In this document: positions 1-8,799 of the stretch, piece by piece
Numbering within the stretch: position 1 is the stretch's first letter
How the letters are laid out: the number at the start of each line of letters is the position of its first letter
Assembly: GCA_026129335.1 (NCBI GenBank)
Contig: JAHCIH010000001.1
Location: forward strand, 13,441-77,440
Source of the DNA: Anaerolineales bacterium
GTDB taxonomy: Bacteria; Chloroflexota; Anaerolineae; Anaerolineales; UBA11579
Reading direction: 5' to 3'
Length of the DNA: 64,000 nt
The notes under the pieces: generated by a model
What the model was told of the DNA's origin: nothing
Database searches by the model: none
The model's input: the letters and a program-made list of their open reading frames with translations, nothing else
Program-made: the position numbers and the translations under genes

Positions 1-107
1 CCGTGCTTGCCCCCGAGGTGCTGCCCATCGGCATCCTCACCGCATTGGCCGGGGTGCCCTTCTTCCTTTGGTTGTTGCGCCGCGCCAAGGCGCAACTGTA
101 CTGGTAG
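1..107 (+). CDS. C-terminal end of a FecCD/BtuC-family ABC permease (5' truncated by window edge)
   Basis: Frame 3 reads VLAPEVLPIGILTALAGVPFFLWLLRRAKAQLYW*; this tail pattern is typical of iron-siderophore/B12 permeases. The stop lies 2 nt before the ATPase ATG. Confidence 0.6.
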   Translation, partial: VLAPEVLPIGILTALAGVPFFLWLLRRAKAQLYW

Positions 108-109
108 CC

Positions 110-883
110 ATGCTGCAGGCCCGAGATCTCTCCGTCGCTTACGGTGACAAAACCGTGCTGCACCAGGTGGGCCTGCGCCTACGCCCTGGCGAGATCCTCG
201 GCCTCATCGGCCCCAACGGCTCGGGCAAGACCAGCTTGATACGCGCCCTGAGCGGCGTGCTGCGCCCGTCCAGCGGGCGGGTGCTGGTGGGCAAGGTCGA
301 CCTGGCCAGCCTGCCCGAAGCACAACGCGCCAGGCAAATCGCAGTGGTGCCGCAATCGGCGGAGTTGCCATCGTCTTTCACTGTGCTGCAGTGCGTCGCC
401 CTTGGGCGCACACCGCACCTGAACTGGCTGGGCCGCCCCGGCCCTGCTGATGAAGCCAAGGTGCAGGCGGCCTTGCGCGCCGCGGAAATCGAGGCTCTGG
501 CCGACCGGCGCACAGGCGAACTTTCCGGCGGCGAAAAACAACGCGTGCTGTTGGCCCGCGCCCTGGCCCAGGATTGCCCCTTTCTGCTGCTGGATGAGCC
601 CACCGCCCACCTCGACCTGCACCACCAGGTCGGCTCGCTGGAACTGCTGCGCCGCATGGTCGCCGAACGCAAGCTGGCCGTGCTGGTCGCCATGCACGAT
701 CTGAACCTGGCCTCCATCTATGCCGACCGCCTTATGCTGCTGGTGGAGGGCCGCATCCGCGCGGAGGGCGCCCCGGCGGCCGTGCTCACCCGCGAGACGC
801 TGCAAACCGCCTATCAGGTACCGCTGCAAGTGCGCGCCAACCCCAAACATGGCTCGCCATGGGTGGTTTTGGAGCGAAGTTAG
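110..883 (+). CDS. ABC transporter ATP-binding protein, iron-siderophore/cobalamin (FepC/FecE/BtuD-like) type
   Basis: ORF 68..883 trimmed to ATG 110 (MLQARDLSVAYGDK). Walker A GPNGSGKTS, signature LSGGEKQR, Walker B FLLLDEPT. Confidence 0.9.
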   Translation: MLQARDLSVAYGDKTVLHQVGLRLRPGEILGLIGPNGSGKTSLIRALSGVLRPSSGRVLVGKVDLASLPEAQRARQIAVVPQSAELPSSFTVLQCVALGRTPHLNWLGRPGPADEAKVQAALRAAEIEALADRRTGELSGGEKQRVLLARALAQDCPFLLLDEPTAHLDLHHQVGSLELLRRMVAERKLAVLVAMHDLNLASIYADRLMLLVEGRIRAEGAPAAVLTRETLQTAYQVPLQVRANPKHGSPWVVLERS

Positions 884-935
884 CCGTAAAATCGGGCCGC
901 CTTTCGGCAAACCCAAAGTCAAGCGCGCTGCTAGA

Positions 936-1940
936 ATGCAGCCCATGGTTGCGTCCAAGCACATATTGTTGGTCGAAGAACAAGCCGAAGTGGCCGCCAT
1001 CTTGCGCGCAGGATTGGAACGGCTGAATGAGGACATCCGCGTCCAGGTGGCTCCTGCTTCCGAGCAGGCCCTGCAAGCTTTCCAAAACACCGAATTTGAC
1101 CTGCTCATCGTGGATATGGCCCTGCCCGGTCTCTCCGGCCTGGAGCTGATGGCCCGCGGTCGCAAGCGCACTCCCCAGCTAAAGGCCATCCTGCTCAGCG
1201 CGGAGCGCGAGGCGCAGGCCCGCGAACAGGCGGCCCGCGCTGGCGCCGAAGCGTTTTTCTTCAAACCCGTGGAACTGGCTGACCTGTTGGACGCTTCCGA
1301 ACGCCTGCTTGGTCTGGTAGGCAGTTTCCTGCCGCCGGAAATTCAGCTGAGCCAACTGAACGGAGCGAGTGTCGAGCAGGCGATGCTTTCCCAGTTGCTC
1401 GGCGAACTGCAATTCAATCTACAAGCCGAAGGCATCGCCCTCTTTGACCAGCGCGGCCGGGTGCTGGCGGAAGCCGGCAACCTGCCGGACAACCTACAAA
1501 ACGAGTTGATGCCGCCATTGCTCAGCGCTCACCTGGCCGCGGGGCGCATTGCCGCGGAGGGTTTGCAAACCTTCCGCATCGCCCGCCGGCACTTGCTGCT
1601 GGCCAGCCTGGGGCGCGGGCATGCCCTGCTGTTGGTGGCCCAGCCGCTGGCCGCCGCCCGCCTGGCGGCCCACGCCGAGGCCATCGAGCAGTGCAAGCCG
1701 CACCTCTTGGCTGAGCTGGAACGGGCGGAACCGCGGCGCAGCCCCGCTCTGGGAGATACCACGCCCACGGCGCCCAGAGACGCGAAGCTTGAAGAAGTGC
1801 TGGACAAGGCGGAGACCAAGCCCACCAGCCGCAGCCAGACCGACAAATACTGGAAAGAACAAGAAGTCGCCCCCTTGCCGGATGCCGGCACCCTCAGCTA
1901 CGAGCAGGCCGCCCGCCTGGGCCTGGCCCCGCGCGGCTAA
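936..1940 (+). CDS. Response regulator: receiver domain + Roadblock/LC7-like middle domain + disordered tail
   Basis: ORF 720..1940 trimmed to ATG 936. Receiver landmarks LLVEEQ, DLLIVDMALPG, ILLSA, FFFKP. Residues around GIALFDQRGRVLAEAG...LLLASLGRGHALLLVAQ resemble Roadblock/LC7 (MglB-like) proteins. Confidence 0.85.
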   Translation: MQPMVASKHILLVEEQAEVAAILRAGLERLNEDIRVQVAPASEQALQAFQNTEFDLLIVDMALPGLSGLELMARGRKRTPQLKAILLSAEREAQAREQAARAGAEAFFFKPVELADLLDASERLLGLVGSFLPPEIQLSQLNGASVEQAMLSQLLGELQFNLQAEGIALFDQRGRVLAEAGNLPDNLQNELMPPLLSAHLAAGRIAAEGLQTFRIARRHLLLASLGRGHALLLVAQPLAAARLAAHAEAIEQCKPHLLAELERAEPRRSPALGDTTPTAPRDAKLEEVLDKAETKPTSRSQTDKYWKEQEVAPLPDAGTLSYEQAARLGLAPRG

Positions 1941-2014
1941 CCTCAGCGCCATTTGGCAACCGTTGTACCAGCGTGATACAATCGCGTTTGCTTACCCTGC
2001 ATTGCAAGGTGCGC

Positions 2015-2085
2015 TGGGGCGTGGTGCAATGGCAGCACACCGGACTTTGAATCCGTGGATCCTGGTTCGAGTCCAGGCGCCCCGA
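2015..2085 (+). tRNA. tRNA-Gln (anticodon UUG)
   Basis: Hand-folded cloverleaf. Acceptor TGGGGCG/CGCCCCG, D stem GTGC/GCAC, anticodon loop CTTTGAA, T arm CCTGG-TTCGAGT-CCAGG, discriminator A, no encoded CCA. One C:T mismatch at 27:43. Confidence 0.85.
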
Positions 2086-2186
2086 CTGAATTTTAGACAC
2101 ATGTCTACCGAACTCAGCGAAGAACCCCCTTTATCAAGTTCTGTTGATCCTTTTAAGCCCAGTCGCCGCTGGCAAGGCGGATTGGC

Positions 2187-3545
2187 GTGAGCACGCGCGT
2201 GGTGCTGCTGGCGGCCGGCAAGGGCACGCGCATGCGCTCCAAGCTGCCCAAGCTGCTGCATCCGCTGGGCGGCCGCGCCATGGTGCTGCATGCTTTAGGG
2301 GCTGCCGCTGAGGCGGCTGCAGATGGCCCACCGCTGCTGGTGGTGGGCCATGGGGCGGAGGCACTGCGCGCCGCAGTGGGCGACGGGGCCGAGTTCGTCG
2401 AGCAGGCCGAACAATTGGGCACCGGGCACGCCTTGCTGCAGGCCAAGCCCGCACTGCAAGGCAAAGCGGATTTGGTTCTGGTCTCCAATGCCGACCTGCC
2501 GCTGCTCAGCGGCGACACGTTGAAGCAACTGCTCGCCGCCCAACAAGCCAACCCCGGCCCTTTCACCATGCTGACCCTGCGCCAGCCCAACGCGCGCGGC
2601 TTCGGCCGCGTCAAACGCGGCGCGGGCGGCGAAGTGCTGGCCATCATCGAGGAGGCCGAGGCGACCCCCGAAGAGCTGGCCATCGACGAATTGAACGTGG
2701 GCGCCTATTGCTTTCGCGGCGACTGGTTGTGGCCGGCCCTCGAGAAACTGAAGCCCTCCGCCAACAAAGGCGAGTATTACCTCACCGACCTGCTGGAAAT
2801 CGCCACCGCCGCCGGGGAGCGGGTGGAGGCCGTCGTCTTGCAGGACCCGCACGAAGCCATCGGCGTGAACACCCGCGAGCACCTGGCCGAAGCGGAGGCA
2901 GCCCTGCGGGGGCGCATCAACCGCCGCTGGATGCTGGAAGGCGTTACTCTGGTAGACCCGGCCTCCACATACATCGAAGCGGGTGTCACCATCGGCCAGG
3001 ATACGGTGATATGGCCCAACACCATCCTGCAAGGCCAAACGGCCATCGGAGCGGACTGCAGCATTGGCCCCAACACAGTGGTGCGCGATAGCCGCATAGG
3101 CGATGCCTGCCGGGTGGAGGCCGCTGTGGTCGAGATGGCTGTGCTGGAGAACCAAGTGGACATCGGCCCATTCGCCCATTTGCGCAAGGGTTCCCACCTG
3201 GGCGACGGCGTGCATATGGGCAACTTCGGCGAAGTCAAGAATTCCACCCTCGGCCCCGGGGCCAAGATGGGCCACTTCTCGTACATTGGCGATGCCACCA
3301 TCGGCGCCAATGTAAACATCGGCGCCGGCACAATCACCGCCAATTACGACGGCGAGAAGAAGAACGAAACCGTGATTGAAGACGACGTATTCATCGGCAG
3401 CGACACTATGCTGGTCGCTCCGCTGCACATCGGCAAAGGCGCCCGCACAGGGGCCGGGGCCGTGGTGACCAAAGACGTGCCCGCCCACACGGTTGTGGTG
3501 GGCGTGCCCGCTCGCGCCGTTCGCAAACTGGAGGAACCAGATTAG
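2187..3545 (+). CDS. glmU: Bifunctional UDP-N-acetylglucosamine pyrophosphorylase / glucosamine-1-phosphate N-acetyltransferase
   Basis: N-terminal LLAAGKGTRMRS nucleotidyltransferase motif, C-terminal hexapeptide-repeat (left-handed beta-helix) region, 452 aa. Confidence 0.95.
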   Translation: MSTRVVLLAAGKGTRMRSKLPKLLHPLGGRAMVLHALGAAAEAAADGPPLLVVGHGAEALRAAVGDGAEFVEQAEQLGTGHALLQAKPALQGKADLVLVSNADLPLLSGDTLKQLLAAQQANPGPFTMLTLRQPNARGFGRVKRGAGGEVLAIIEEAEATPEELAIDELNVGAYCFRGDWLWPALEKLKPSANKGEYYLTDLLEIATAAGERVEAVVLQDPHEAIGVNTREHLAEAEAALRGRINRRWMLEGVTLVDPASTYIEAGVTIGQDTVIWPNTILQGQTAIGADCSIGPNTVVRDSRIGDACRVEAAVVEMAVLENQVDIGPFAHLRKGSHLGDGVHMGNFGEVKNSTLGPGAKMGHFSYIGDATIGANVNIGAGTITANYDGEKKNETVIEDDVFIGSDTMLVAPLHIGKGARTGAGAVVTKDVPAHTVVVGVPARAVRKLEEPD

Positions 3546-4818
3546 TAGTCCGCTTGTCCTTTTGATCGTCGCATTGCTCCTAATCGACCTGCTTATTACC
3601 GCCACTCGCACCGGCGTGCTGAATGCCCGCCATTCCCGCCTGGCAGCCCAAAGTGAAGAACTAGGCCAGAAGGGTCAAATGGTCATCGAATTAATCAGCC
3701 GGCGCACCGCGCTGCGCGACAGCCTGCGCCTGGTGCTCGCCCTGCTGCGTTTCCTCATCGCCGGCCTGGTGCTGGCCGTGGTCATCCCGCTGGATGCCAG
3801 CACCATCCCCCTGCCCAGCCTGGCCGGGCTGCTGCTGCTCATCGGTTTGCTGATCTGGCTGTTCGAGTTCTTCGTTGAACGGCGCATCCTGAGCGACCCG
3901 GAGGGTTGGGCTGTGCGGCTGACGCCGATGGCTCAGGCGGTGTCGCTGCTGATGGCGCCTTTGCTGGCCTTGCCGGCGCGGCTCTCCAACCGCGGCCAGG
4001 AAGCCCAGCAACTGGTTACGATCACCGAAGACGAGTTGCGCTCTTTTGTGGATGCCAGCCAGCGCGAAGGCGTGCTGGAGCAGGAAGAGCGCCGCATGAT
4101 CTTTTCGATCTTCGAGTTCGGTGACACGCTGGTGCGCGAAATCATGGTGCCGCGGATTGACATCTTCGCGCTGGATGTGACCACCTCGGTGGATGAGGCG
4201 CGCAAAGCCTTGATCGAGTCGGGGTATTCCCGCGTGCCGGTGTACAGCGAGACCATCGACAATATCGTGGGCGTGCTCTACGCCAAGGACCTGCTCAAAC
4301 TGTGGAACGGCGCCAGTCAGGACAAGTCGTTGCGCGAGCTGCTGCGCCCGGCCAACTTCGTGCCCGAATCCAAGAAGCTCGACGACCTGCTCTCCGAAAT
4401 GCAGGCAGAGCGCATCCACATCGCCATCGTGGTCGACGAATATGGCGGCGTGGCTGGGCTGGTCACGCTCGAAGACATGATGGAAGAAATCGTCGGCGAA
4501 ATCCAGGACGAATACGACCAGGGCGAAGAACTGCCCTACCAGAAGGTCTCGGACGATGAATACATCCTGCATGGGCGCATCAACCTGGACGATTTCAATG
4601 AACTCGTCGGCAGCTCGCTGAGCAGCGAAGACGCCGACACCTTGGGCGGCTTCCTGTTCAACGAAATCGGCCATGTGCCTAAGAGCGGTGAACGGTGGAC
4701 GAGCGATGACCTGGAGCTGACCGTGGAGCAGGTGGCCGGGCGCCGTGTGCGCCGTGTGCGCGCCAAACGGGTTGCCAGCCAAACCACATCCGAGGATAAT
4801 ACGGCGCATGCTGACTGA
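3493..4818 (+). CDS. CNNM/CorC-HlyC family transporter-associated protein (DUF21 + CBS pair + CorC_HlyC)
   Basis: N-terminal TM segments, then a CBS pair, then [29 protein letters not shown]. Start uncertain: TTG 3493 overlaps glmU by 53 nt, and GGAGGA at 3529-3534 would fit a start near 3541. Confidence 0.85.
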   Translation: MWWACPLAPFANWRNQISSPLVLLIVALLLIDLLITATRTGVLNARHSRLAAQSEELGQKGQMVIELISRRTALRDSLRLVLALLRFLIAGLVLAVVIPLDASTIPLPSLAGLLLLIGLLIWLFEFFVERRILSDPEGWAVRLTPMAQAVSLLMAPLLALPARLSNRGQEAQQLVTITEDELRSFVDASQREGVLEQEERRMIFSIFEFGDTLVREIMVPRIDIFALDVTTSVDEARKALIESGYSRVPVYSETIDNIVGVLYAKDLLKLWNGASQDKSLRELLRPANFVPESKKLDDLLSEMQAERIHIAIVVDEYGGVAGLVTLEDMMEEIVGEIQDEYDQGEELPYQKVSDDEYILHGRINLDDFNELVGSSLSSEDADTLGGFLFNEIGHVPKSGERWTSDDLELTVEQVAGRRVRRVRAKRVASQTTSEDNTAHAD

Positions 4819-5218
4819 AGACCAACGTAATGAACTCGTGCAGGCGGCGCGGACCGCTCAGAGCCAGGCCTATGCGCCTTACTCCCAATACAACGTGGGG
4901 GCGGCCCTGCTCACCACCAGCGGCAAAGTCTATCTGGGTGCCAATGTAGAGAACGCTGCTTACCCGGTTTCGCTGTGTGCTGAGCGGGTGGCCGTGTTCA
5001 AGGCGGTTACCGAGGGCGAGCGCCAGTTCCAGGCTGTGGCCGTGGTCACCCGCGACGGTGGCACGCCGTGCGGCTCCTGCCGCCAGGTGCTGGCCGAGTT
5101 CACCCTGGACGCCGTGGTGTTGATTGCCAACGAAGCCGGCGAAGTGGTCCGCGAAGCCACCGTGGCCGAGTTGCTGCCCGGCGCCTTTGGGCCCACTAAC
5201 TTCAACGTTCAGCCTTAA
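4808..5218 (+). CDS. cdd: Cytidine deaminase
   Basis: ORF 4745..5218 trimmed to ATG 4808. Zinc motifs CAERVA and PCGSCRQ. Start overlaps the upstream stop. Confidence 0.9.
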   Translation: MLTEDQRNELVQAARTAQSQAYAPYSQYNVGAALLTTSGKVYLGANVENAAYPVSLCAERVAVFKAVTEGERQFQAVAVVTRDGGTPCGSCRQVLAEFTLDAVVLIANEAGEVVREATVAELLPGAFGPTNFNVQP

Positions 5219-5230
5219 AAATCCGCCACT

Positions 5231-5953
5231 ATGCGCGCACTGGTCCTCAGCGACATCCACGCCAACGCGGCCGCACTGGACAGTGTATTGGAACAGGCAG
5301 GGCCGGTGGATAGCGTTTGGTGCCTCGGCGATGTCGTCGGCTACGGCCCAGACCCCAACCGGGTGATTTCTCGCCTGCAAGGCCTCTCCAACCTCGTCTG
5401 CCTGCAGGGCAACCACGACGCGGCGGCCATCGGCGAACTGGGCCTGGAGGGCTTCAACCTGGAAGCGCGCACGTCCATCGAATGGCTGCGTGATGAACTA
5501 TCGCAGGAATCCTACGAATTCCTGCGCCAGCTGCAGCCCCGCGCCGAAATAAGCGGGGTCACCCTGGCGCACGCCAGCCCGCGCCAGCCTGTGCTGGAAT
5601 ATCTGCTGGACGTGTATTCTGCCGGTGAGAACTTCGACCACTTCGACGGCCCGTTCTGCTTCGTAGGCCATACGCATATCCCGGTACTCTTTCAGCAACG
5701 CGAATACACGGTGAGCCTGCACATGCCCAAGGTCAACACAACCATTACGCTGGATCCGCGCTGCATCGCCAACCCGGGCTCAGTGGGCCAGCCGCGCGAC
5801 CGCGACCCACGGGCCGCTTTCGCCATCTACGACGACCAGCAACACACCTGGGATTACCAACGCGTGGAATACGACATTGACGCCGTGCAAAAGCGCATGC
5901 GCTCCGCCGGCCTGCCGGAACGGCACATCACCCGCCTGGCCAGCGGCTGGTAA
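5231..5953 (+). CDS. Metallophosphoesterase family protein
   Basis: Motifs LSDIHAN, GDVVGYGP, GNHD, GHTH in canonical order. Confidence 0.8.
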   Translation: MRALVLSDIHANAAALDSVLEQAGPVDSVWCLGDVVGYGPDPNRVISRLQGLSNLVCLQGNHDAAAIGELGLEGFNLEARTSIEWLRDELSQESYEFLRQLQPRAEISGVTLAHASPRQPVLEYLLDVYSAGENFDHFDGPFCFVGHTHIPVLFQQREYTVSLHMPKVNTTITLDPRCIANPGSVGQPRDRDPRAAFAIYDDQQHTWDYQRVEYDIDAVQKRMRSAGLPERHITRLASGW

Positions 5954-6030
5954 CCAACCAAAACCGGGGGAACTTTCCAGACGGACGTATCGTTAGTAGG
6001 GCATAATCCAAGCATCATAAGGAGTACGCC

Positions 6031-6987
6031 ATGAAGAAGAAATATTTGCGCCTTGCACTCGCTGGGCTGCTCAGCCTCGGGCTGTTGCTCTCCGCCTGCG
6101 CGGCAGCCGCTCCCGCCCATGTGGACGGGTTTACGTCCGAAGGTGTCTTCGAGGCACCCGGGTTGGCCATGGACATGCGCGGCGAAGCGGCGGCGATGCC
6201 AGCGATGGAACCCTCTGCTGGCGGCGCGAGCGCGCCCAATGCCGCGCCCTCGACCAACTCCGGCCGCCTGGTGATCCGCCACGCCAACCTGTCCATCGTG
6301 GTGGACGCGCCTGAACAGCGCTTAGAGGAAATCGCCGCGATGGCCGAGCGTATGGGCGGCTTTGTGGTCAACTCCAATGTCTACAAGAGCAGCCTGGCCA
6401 GCGGCATCGAAGTGCCCCGCGGCCACATCACCATCCGCGTGCCCACCGAGCTGTATCACCAGGCGCTGGATGAAATCCGCGCCGGGGCTTACGATGTGCC
6501 CAGCGACAGCCAATCTGGCCAGGATGTAACCGCCGAATACACCGACCTCCAGTCCCGTCTGCGCAACCTGCAGGCCGCCGAGACACTGCTGCGCCAGATC
6601 ATGGAGGAAGCGGACGACACCGAAGACGTGCTCTACGCTTTCCACGAGTTGAATCGCATCACCGAGCAGATCGAAGTGCTTCGGGGCCAGATTAAATTCT
6701 ACGAGGAATCGGCCGCGCTGTCCGCCATCTCGGTGGAGATCATCGCCAACGCCGCAGTGCAGCCCATCCGGGTAGGGCCGTGGAGTATTGAAGGCGCGGC
6801 CCGCCAGGCCCTGGAAGACCTGGTGCGCACTCTACAAAACCTGACCGAGTTCCTGGTTTGGGTGGTGCTCTACCTGCTGCCGGTACTGGTGGTCATCGCC
6901 CTGCCCGTCTGGCTGATCAGCATCCCTCTGCGCCGCTGGCTGGCCAACCGCAAAAGCAAGAAGCCCGCGAGCCGCGTAAAGAAGTAG
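6031..6987 (+). CDS. Lipoprotein, DUF4349-like
   Basis: Lipobox LLLSAC, coiled-coil-like middle, hydrophobic C-terminal anchor followed by a basic tail. SD AAGGAG lies upstream. Confidence 0.6.
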   Translation: MKKKYLRLALAGLLSLGLLLSACAAAAPAHVDGFTSEGVFEAPGLAMDMRGEAAAMPAMEPSAGGASAPNAAPSTNSGRLVIRHANLSIVVDAPEQRLEEIAAMAERMGGFVVNSNVYKSSLASGIEVPRGHITIRVPTELYHQALDEIRAGAYDVPSDSQSGQDVTAEYTDLQSRLRNLQAAETLLRQIMEEADDTEDVLYAFHELNRITEQIEVLRGQIKFYEESAALSAISVEIIANAAVQPIRVGPWSIEGAARQALEDLVRTLQNLTEFLVWVVLYLLPVLVVIALPVWLISIPLRRWLANRKSKKPASRVKK

Positions 6988-6992
6988 TCTAA

Positions 6993-7025
6993 AAACAAAG
7001 GCCGGGCAATGCCCGGCCTTTGTTT
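6993..7025. terminator. Bidirectional intrinsic terminator at the convergent junction
   Basis: Perfect 15-bp stem AAACAAAGGCCGGGC / GCCCGGCCTTTGTTT with a 3-nt loop, A-run upstream and T-run downstream. Abuts the citE-like stop codon. Confidence 0.8.
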
Positions 7026-7887
7026 ATTTTTCACCGGCTCGCGCCAACACCCGTTGGGCGGCCTTGACGATCGGCATGTCCACCATTTTGCCATCCAGGG
7101 CAAAAGCGCCACGCCCTTCAGCGATATTTTCTTCGTAGGCTTGCACGATGCGCCGGGCAGTGTTTAGCTCCTCTGGGCTGGGGGTGAAGGCTTGCTGCAC
7201 AAGCTCGATTTGGTCCGGGTGGATGATTTGCATACCACTGTAGCCCAGCGCCGCCCCCTCGGCGGCCAGCCGGGCCAACCCAGCCCCATCGCGGAAGTCC
7301 ACCCAGAGCATATCGATGGCCTGCAGGCCGAAGGCGGCGGCAAAGGTGACCACCCCGCTGCGGGCATAAGCGACCTCGCCGCCCGCAGGGCTGCGTTTGG
7401 CGCCCAGGTCGCTGGCATAGTCCTCGGCGCCGAAGATGAGCGCCTGCAGCCGTGGGTCCGCGGAGGCGATTTCCCGGGCATTGACCAGACCCAGGGCGCT
7501 CTCGATTTGGGCCAGCAAGACGATGCCGCCAGCAACCAGCGAATGGGCCTCTTCGTACTCGGCAAGTTTGCGGCTCACGTCGGTTATCTGCTCAGCGCTA
7601 CTCACCTTGGGTAGCACGATGCCGTCCGGCTTGCCGGGCAATACCGCAGCCAGGTCTTCGGTTTGCATGCCGGTATCCGCACCGTTGAGGCGTACCAGCC
7701 TCTCGCTGCGTCCAAAGTCGAGCTCCTGCAAGGCATGCAGCGCCAGTTGGCGGGCTTCGACTTTCATATTGGGAGCTACGCCGTCTTCCAGATCCAGGCA
7801 GACGCAATCGGCTCCCAAGCCCGCGGCCTTCTCCATCTTGCGCCAGTCGCTGGCGGGCACATAAAGTAGGGCGCGTCTAGCTCGCAT
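7024..7887 (-). CDS. HpcH/HpaI aldolase / citrate lyase beta (CitE)-like acyl-CoA lyase
   Basis: LLYVPASD...CLDLEDGVAP pattern typical of CitE/malyl-CoA lyase family, 287 aa. Confidence 0.85.
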   Translation of the reverse strand: MRARRALLYVPASDWRKMEKAAGLGADCVCLDLEDGVAPNMKVEARQLALHALQELDFGRSERLVRLNGADTGMQTEDLAAVLPGKPDGIVLPKVSSAEQITDVSRKLAEYEEAHSLVAGGIVLLAQIESALGLVNAREIASADPRLQALIFGAEDYASDLGAKRSPAGGEVAYARSGVVTFAAAFGLQAIDMLWVDFRDGAGLARLAAEGAALGYSGMQIIHPDQIELVQQAFTPSPEELNTARRIVQAYEENIAEGRGAFALDGKMVDMPIVKAAQRVLARAGEK

Positions 7888-8347
7888 CCGGGCCTCCCTC
7901 CGGGCGCATCAGGAATAGTACGGTGCGCTCGATTTCGATGACGGTCTCGCCATGCTGGTTACGGCCGGTGTGGCGCAGGCGCACCACGCCGCGACCCGGC
8001 TGGCTCCCCGATGGGCGCTTCTCCAGCACTTCGCTCTCCACAGACAATGTATCGCCGGCGTAGACCGGCGCGGGATGCTGCACACTCTGATAAGCCAGGT
8101 TGGCCACGATGGTGCCCTCGGTCAGGTCGGGCACGGTCAGCCCAACCACCAGCCCCAGAGTGTAAATGCCGTTGAATACCCTGCCCTTAAAGCCAGAGCG
8201 GCGGGCGAACTCATCGTCCAGATGCAAGGGCTGGGTGTTTTCGGTGAGACCGCAAAATAATAGATTATCGGCGTCGCTCACCGTGCGCGCCCGGCCGTGA
8301 GTGATGCGCTCACCGACGGTGAGGTCTTCGTAAAAGCGTCCGCTCAT
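7877..8347 (-). CDS. MaoC-like (R-specific) enoyl-CoA hydratase/dehydratase
   Basis: Hot-dog fold pattern TQPLHLDDEFARRSGF...GIYTLGL. Overlaps both neighbours, consistent with an operon. Confidence 0.85.
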   Translation of the reverse strand: MSGRFYEDLTVGERITHGRARTVSDADNLLFCGLTENTQPLHLDDEFARRSGFKGRVFNGIYTLGLVVGLTVPDLTEGTIVANLAYQSVQHPAPVYAGDTLSVESEVLEKRPSGSQPGRGVVRLRHTGRNQHGETVIEIERTVLFLMRPEGGPDAS

Positions 8348-8799
8348 GAAGTCTCCGACTCCAGTTCTACCAGGATTTGCTCGCGCTCGACGCTGTCCCC
8401 TTGAGCCACAGCCAGGCGAGCCACTTTGCCATCGCCGGGGGCTTGGATGCGGATTTCCATCTTCATCGCTTCCAGGGTCAGCAGCACTTGGCCGGCGGCG
8501 ACCTGCTGGCCAGCCCGCACGAATACGCTACGTACCTGGCCGGGCATGGGCGCACGCAGGGTTTGCTCGCCAGATGCAGCCGAGGCCCCACTACGGCTAC
8601 CGACAGCGCGTTGCAGGGCAAATGTGCGTCCGGCAGCGTGGATCCACACTTGGCGGCCCTCACGGGCGGTCGGAGCGTCTAAGCTAGTTGGACCAACTTG
8701 TCCCAGTCGGCGGCCATCCACGCTGGCCACATAACCGCCCTCAGTGGGAATCAACTCCACCTCGTACAGCTGGCCACGGTATTGGTAAGCGAACTTCAT
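8344..8799 (-). CDS. Biotin carboxyl carrier / C-terminal part of acyl-CoA carboxylase alpha subunit
   Basis: Biotinylation motif LEAMKMEI near the C-terminus. ATG overlaps the stop of the biotin carboxylase ORF (ATGA). Confidence 0.85.
   Translation of the reverse strand: MKFAYQYRGQLYEVELIPTEGGYVASVDGRRLGQVGPTSLDAPTAREGRQVWIHAAGRTFALQRAVGSRSGASAASGEQTLRAPMPGQVRSVFVRAGQQVAAGQVLLTLEAMKMEIRIQAPGDGKVARLAVAQGDSVEREQILVELESETS

Noticed and set aside
720-935. N-terminal extension of the response-regulator ORF, and ORF 179..1264 on the minus strand
   Set aside because: The extension overlaps the ABC ATPase in another frame with a Cys/Arg/Pro-rich nonsense-like translation, and the receiver domain starts cleanly at ATG 936. 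The minus-strand ORF is a shadow of two real genes.
2101-2190. 29-codon ORF (MSTELSEEPPLSSSVDPFKPSRRWQGGLA) between tRNA-Gln and glmU, overlapping the glmU GTG as GTGA
   Set aside because: I see no SD or promoter, the composition is unremarkable, and I cannot test conservation. I treat it as chance. The slightly AT-richer 100 bp after the tRNA shows no att-like repeat or integrase.
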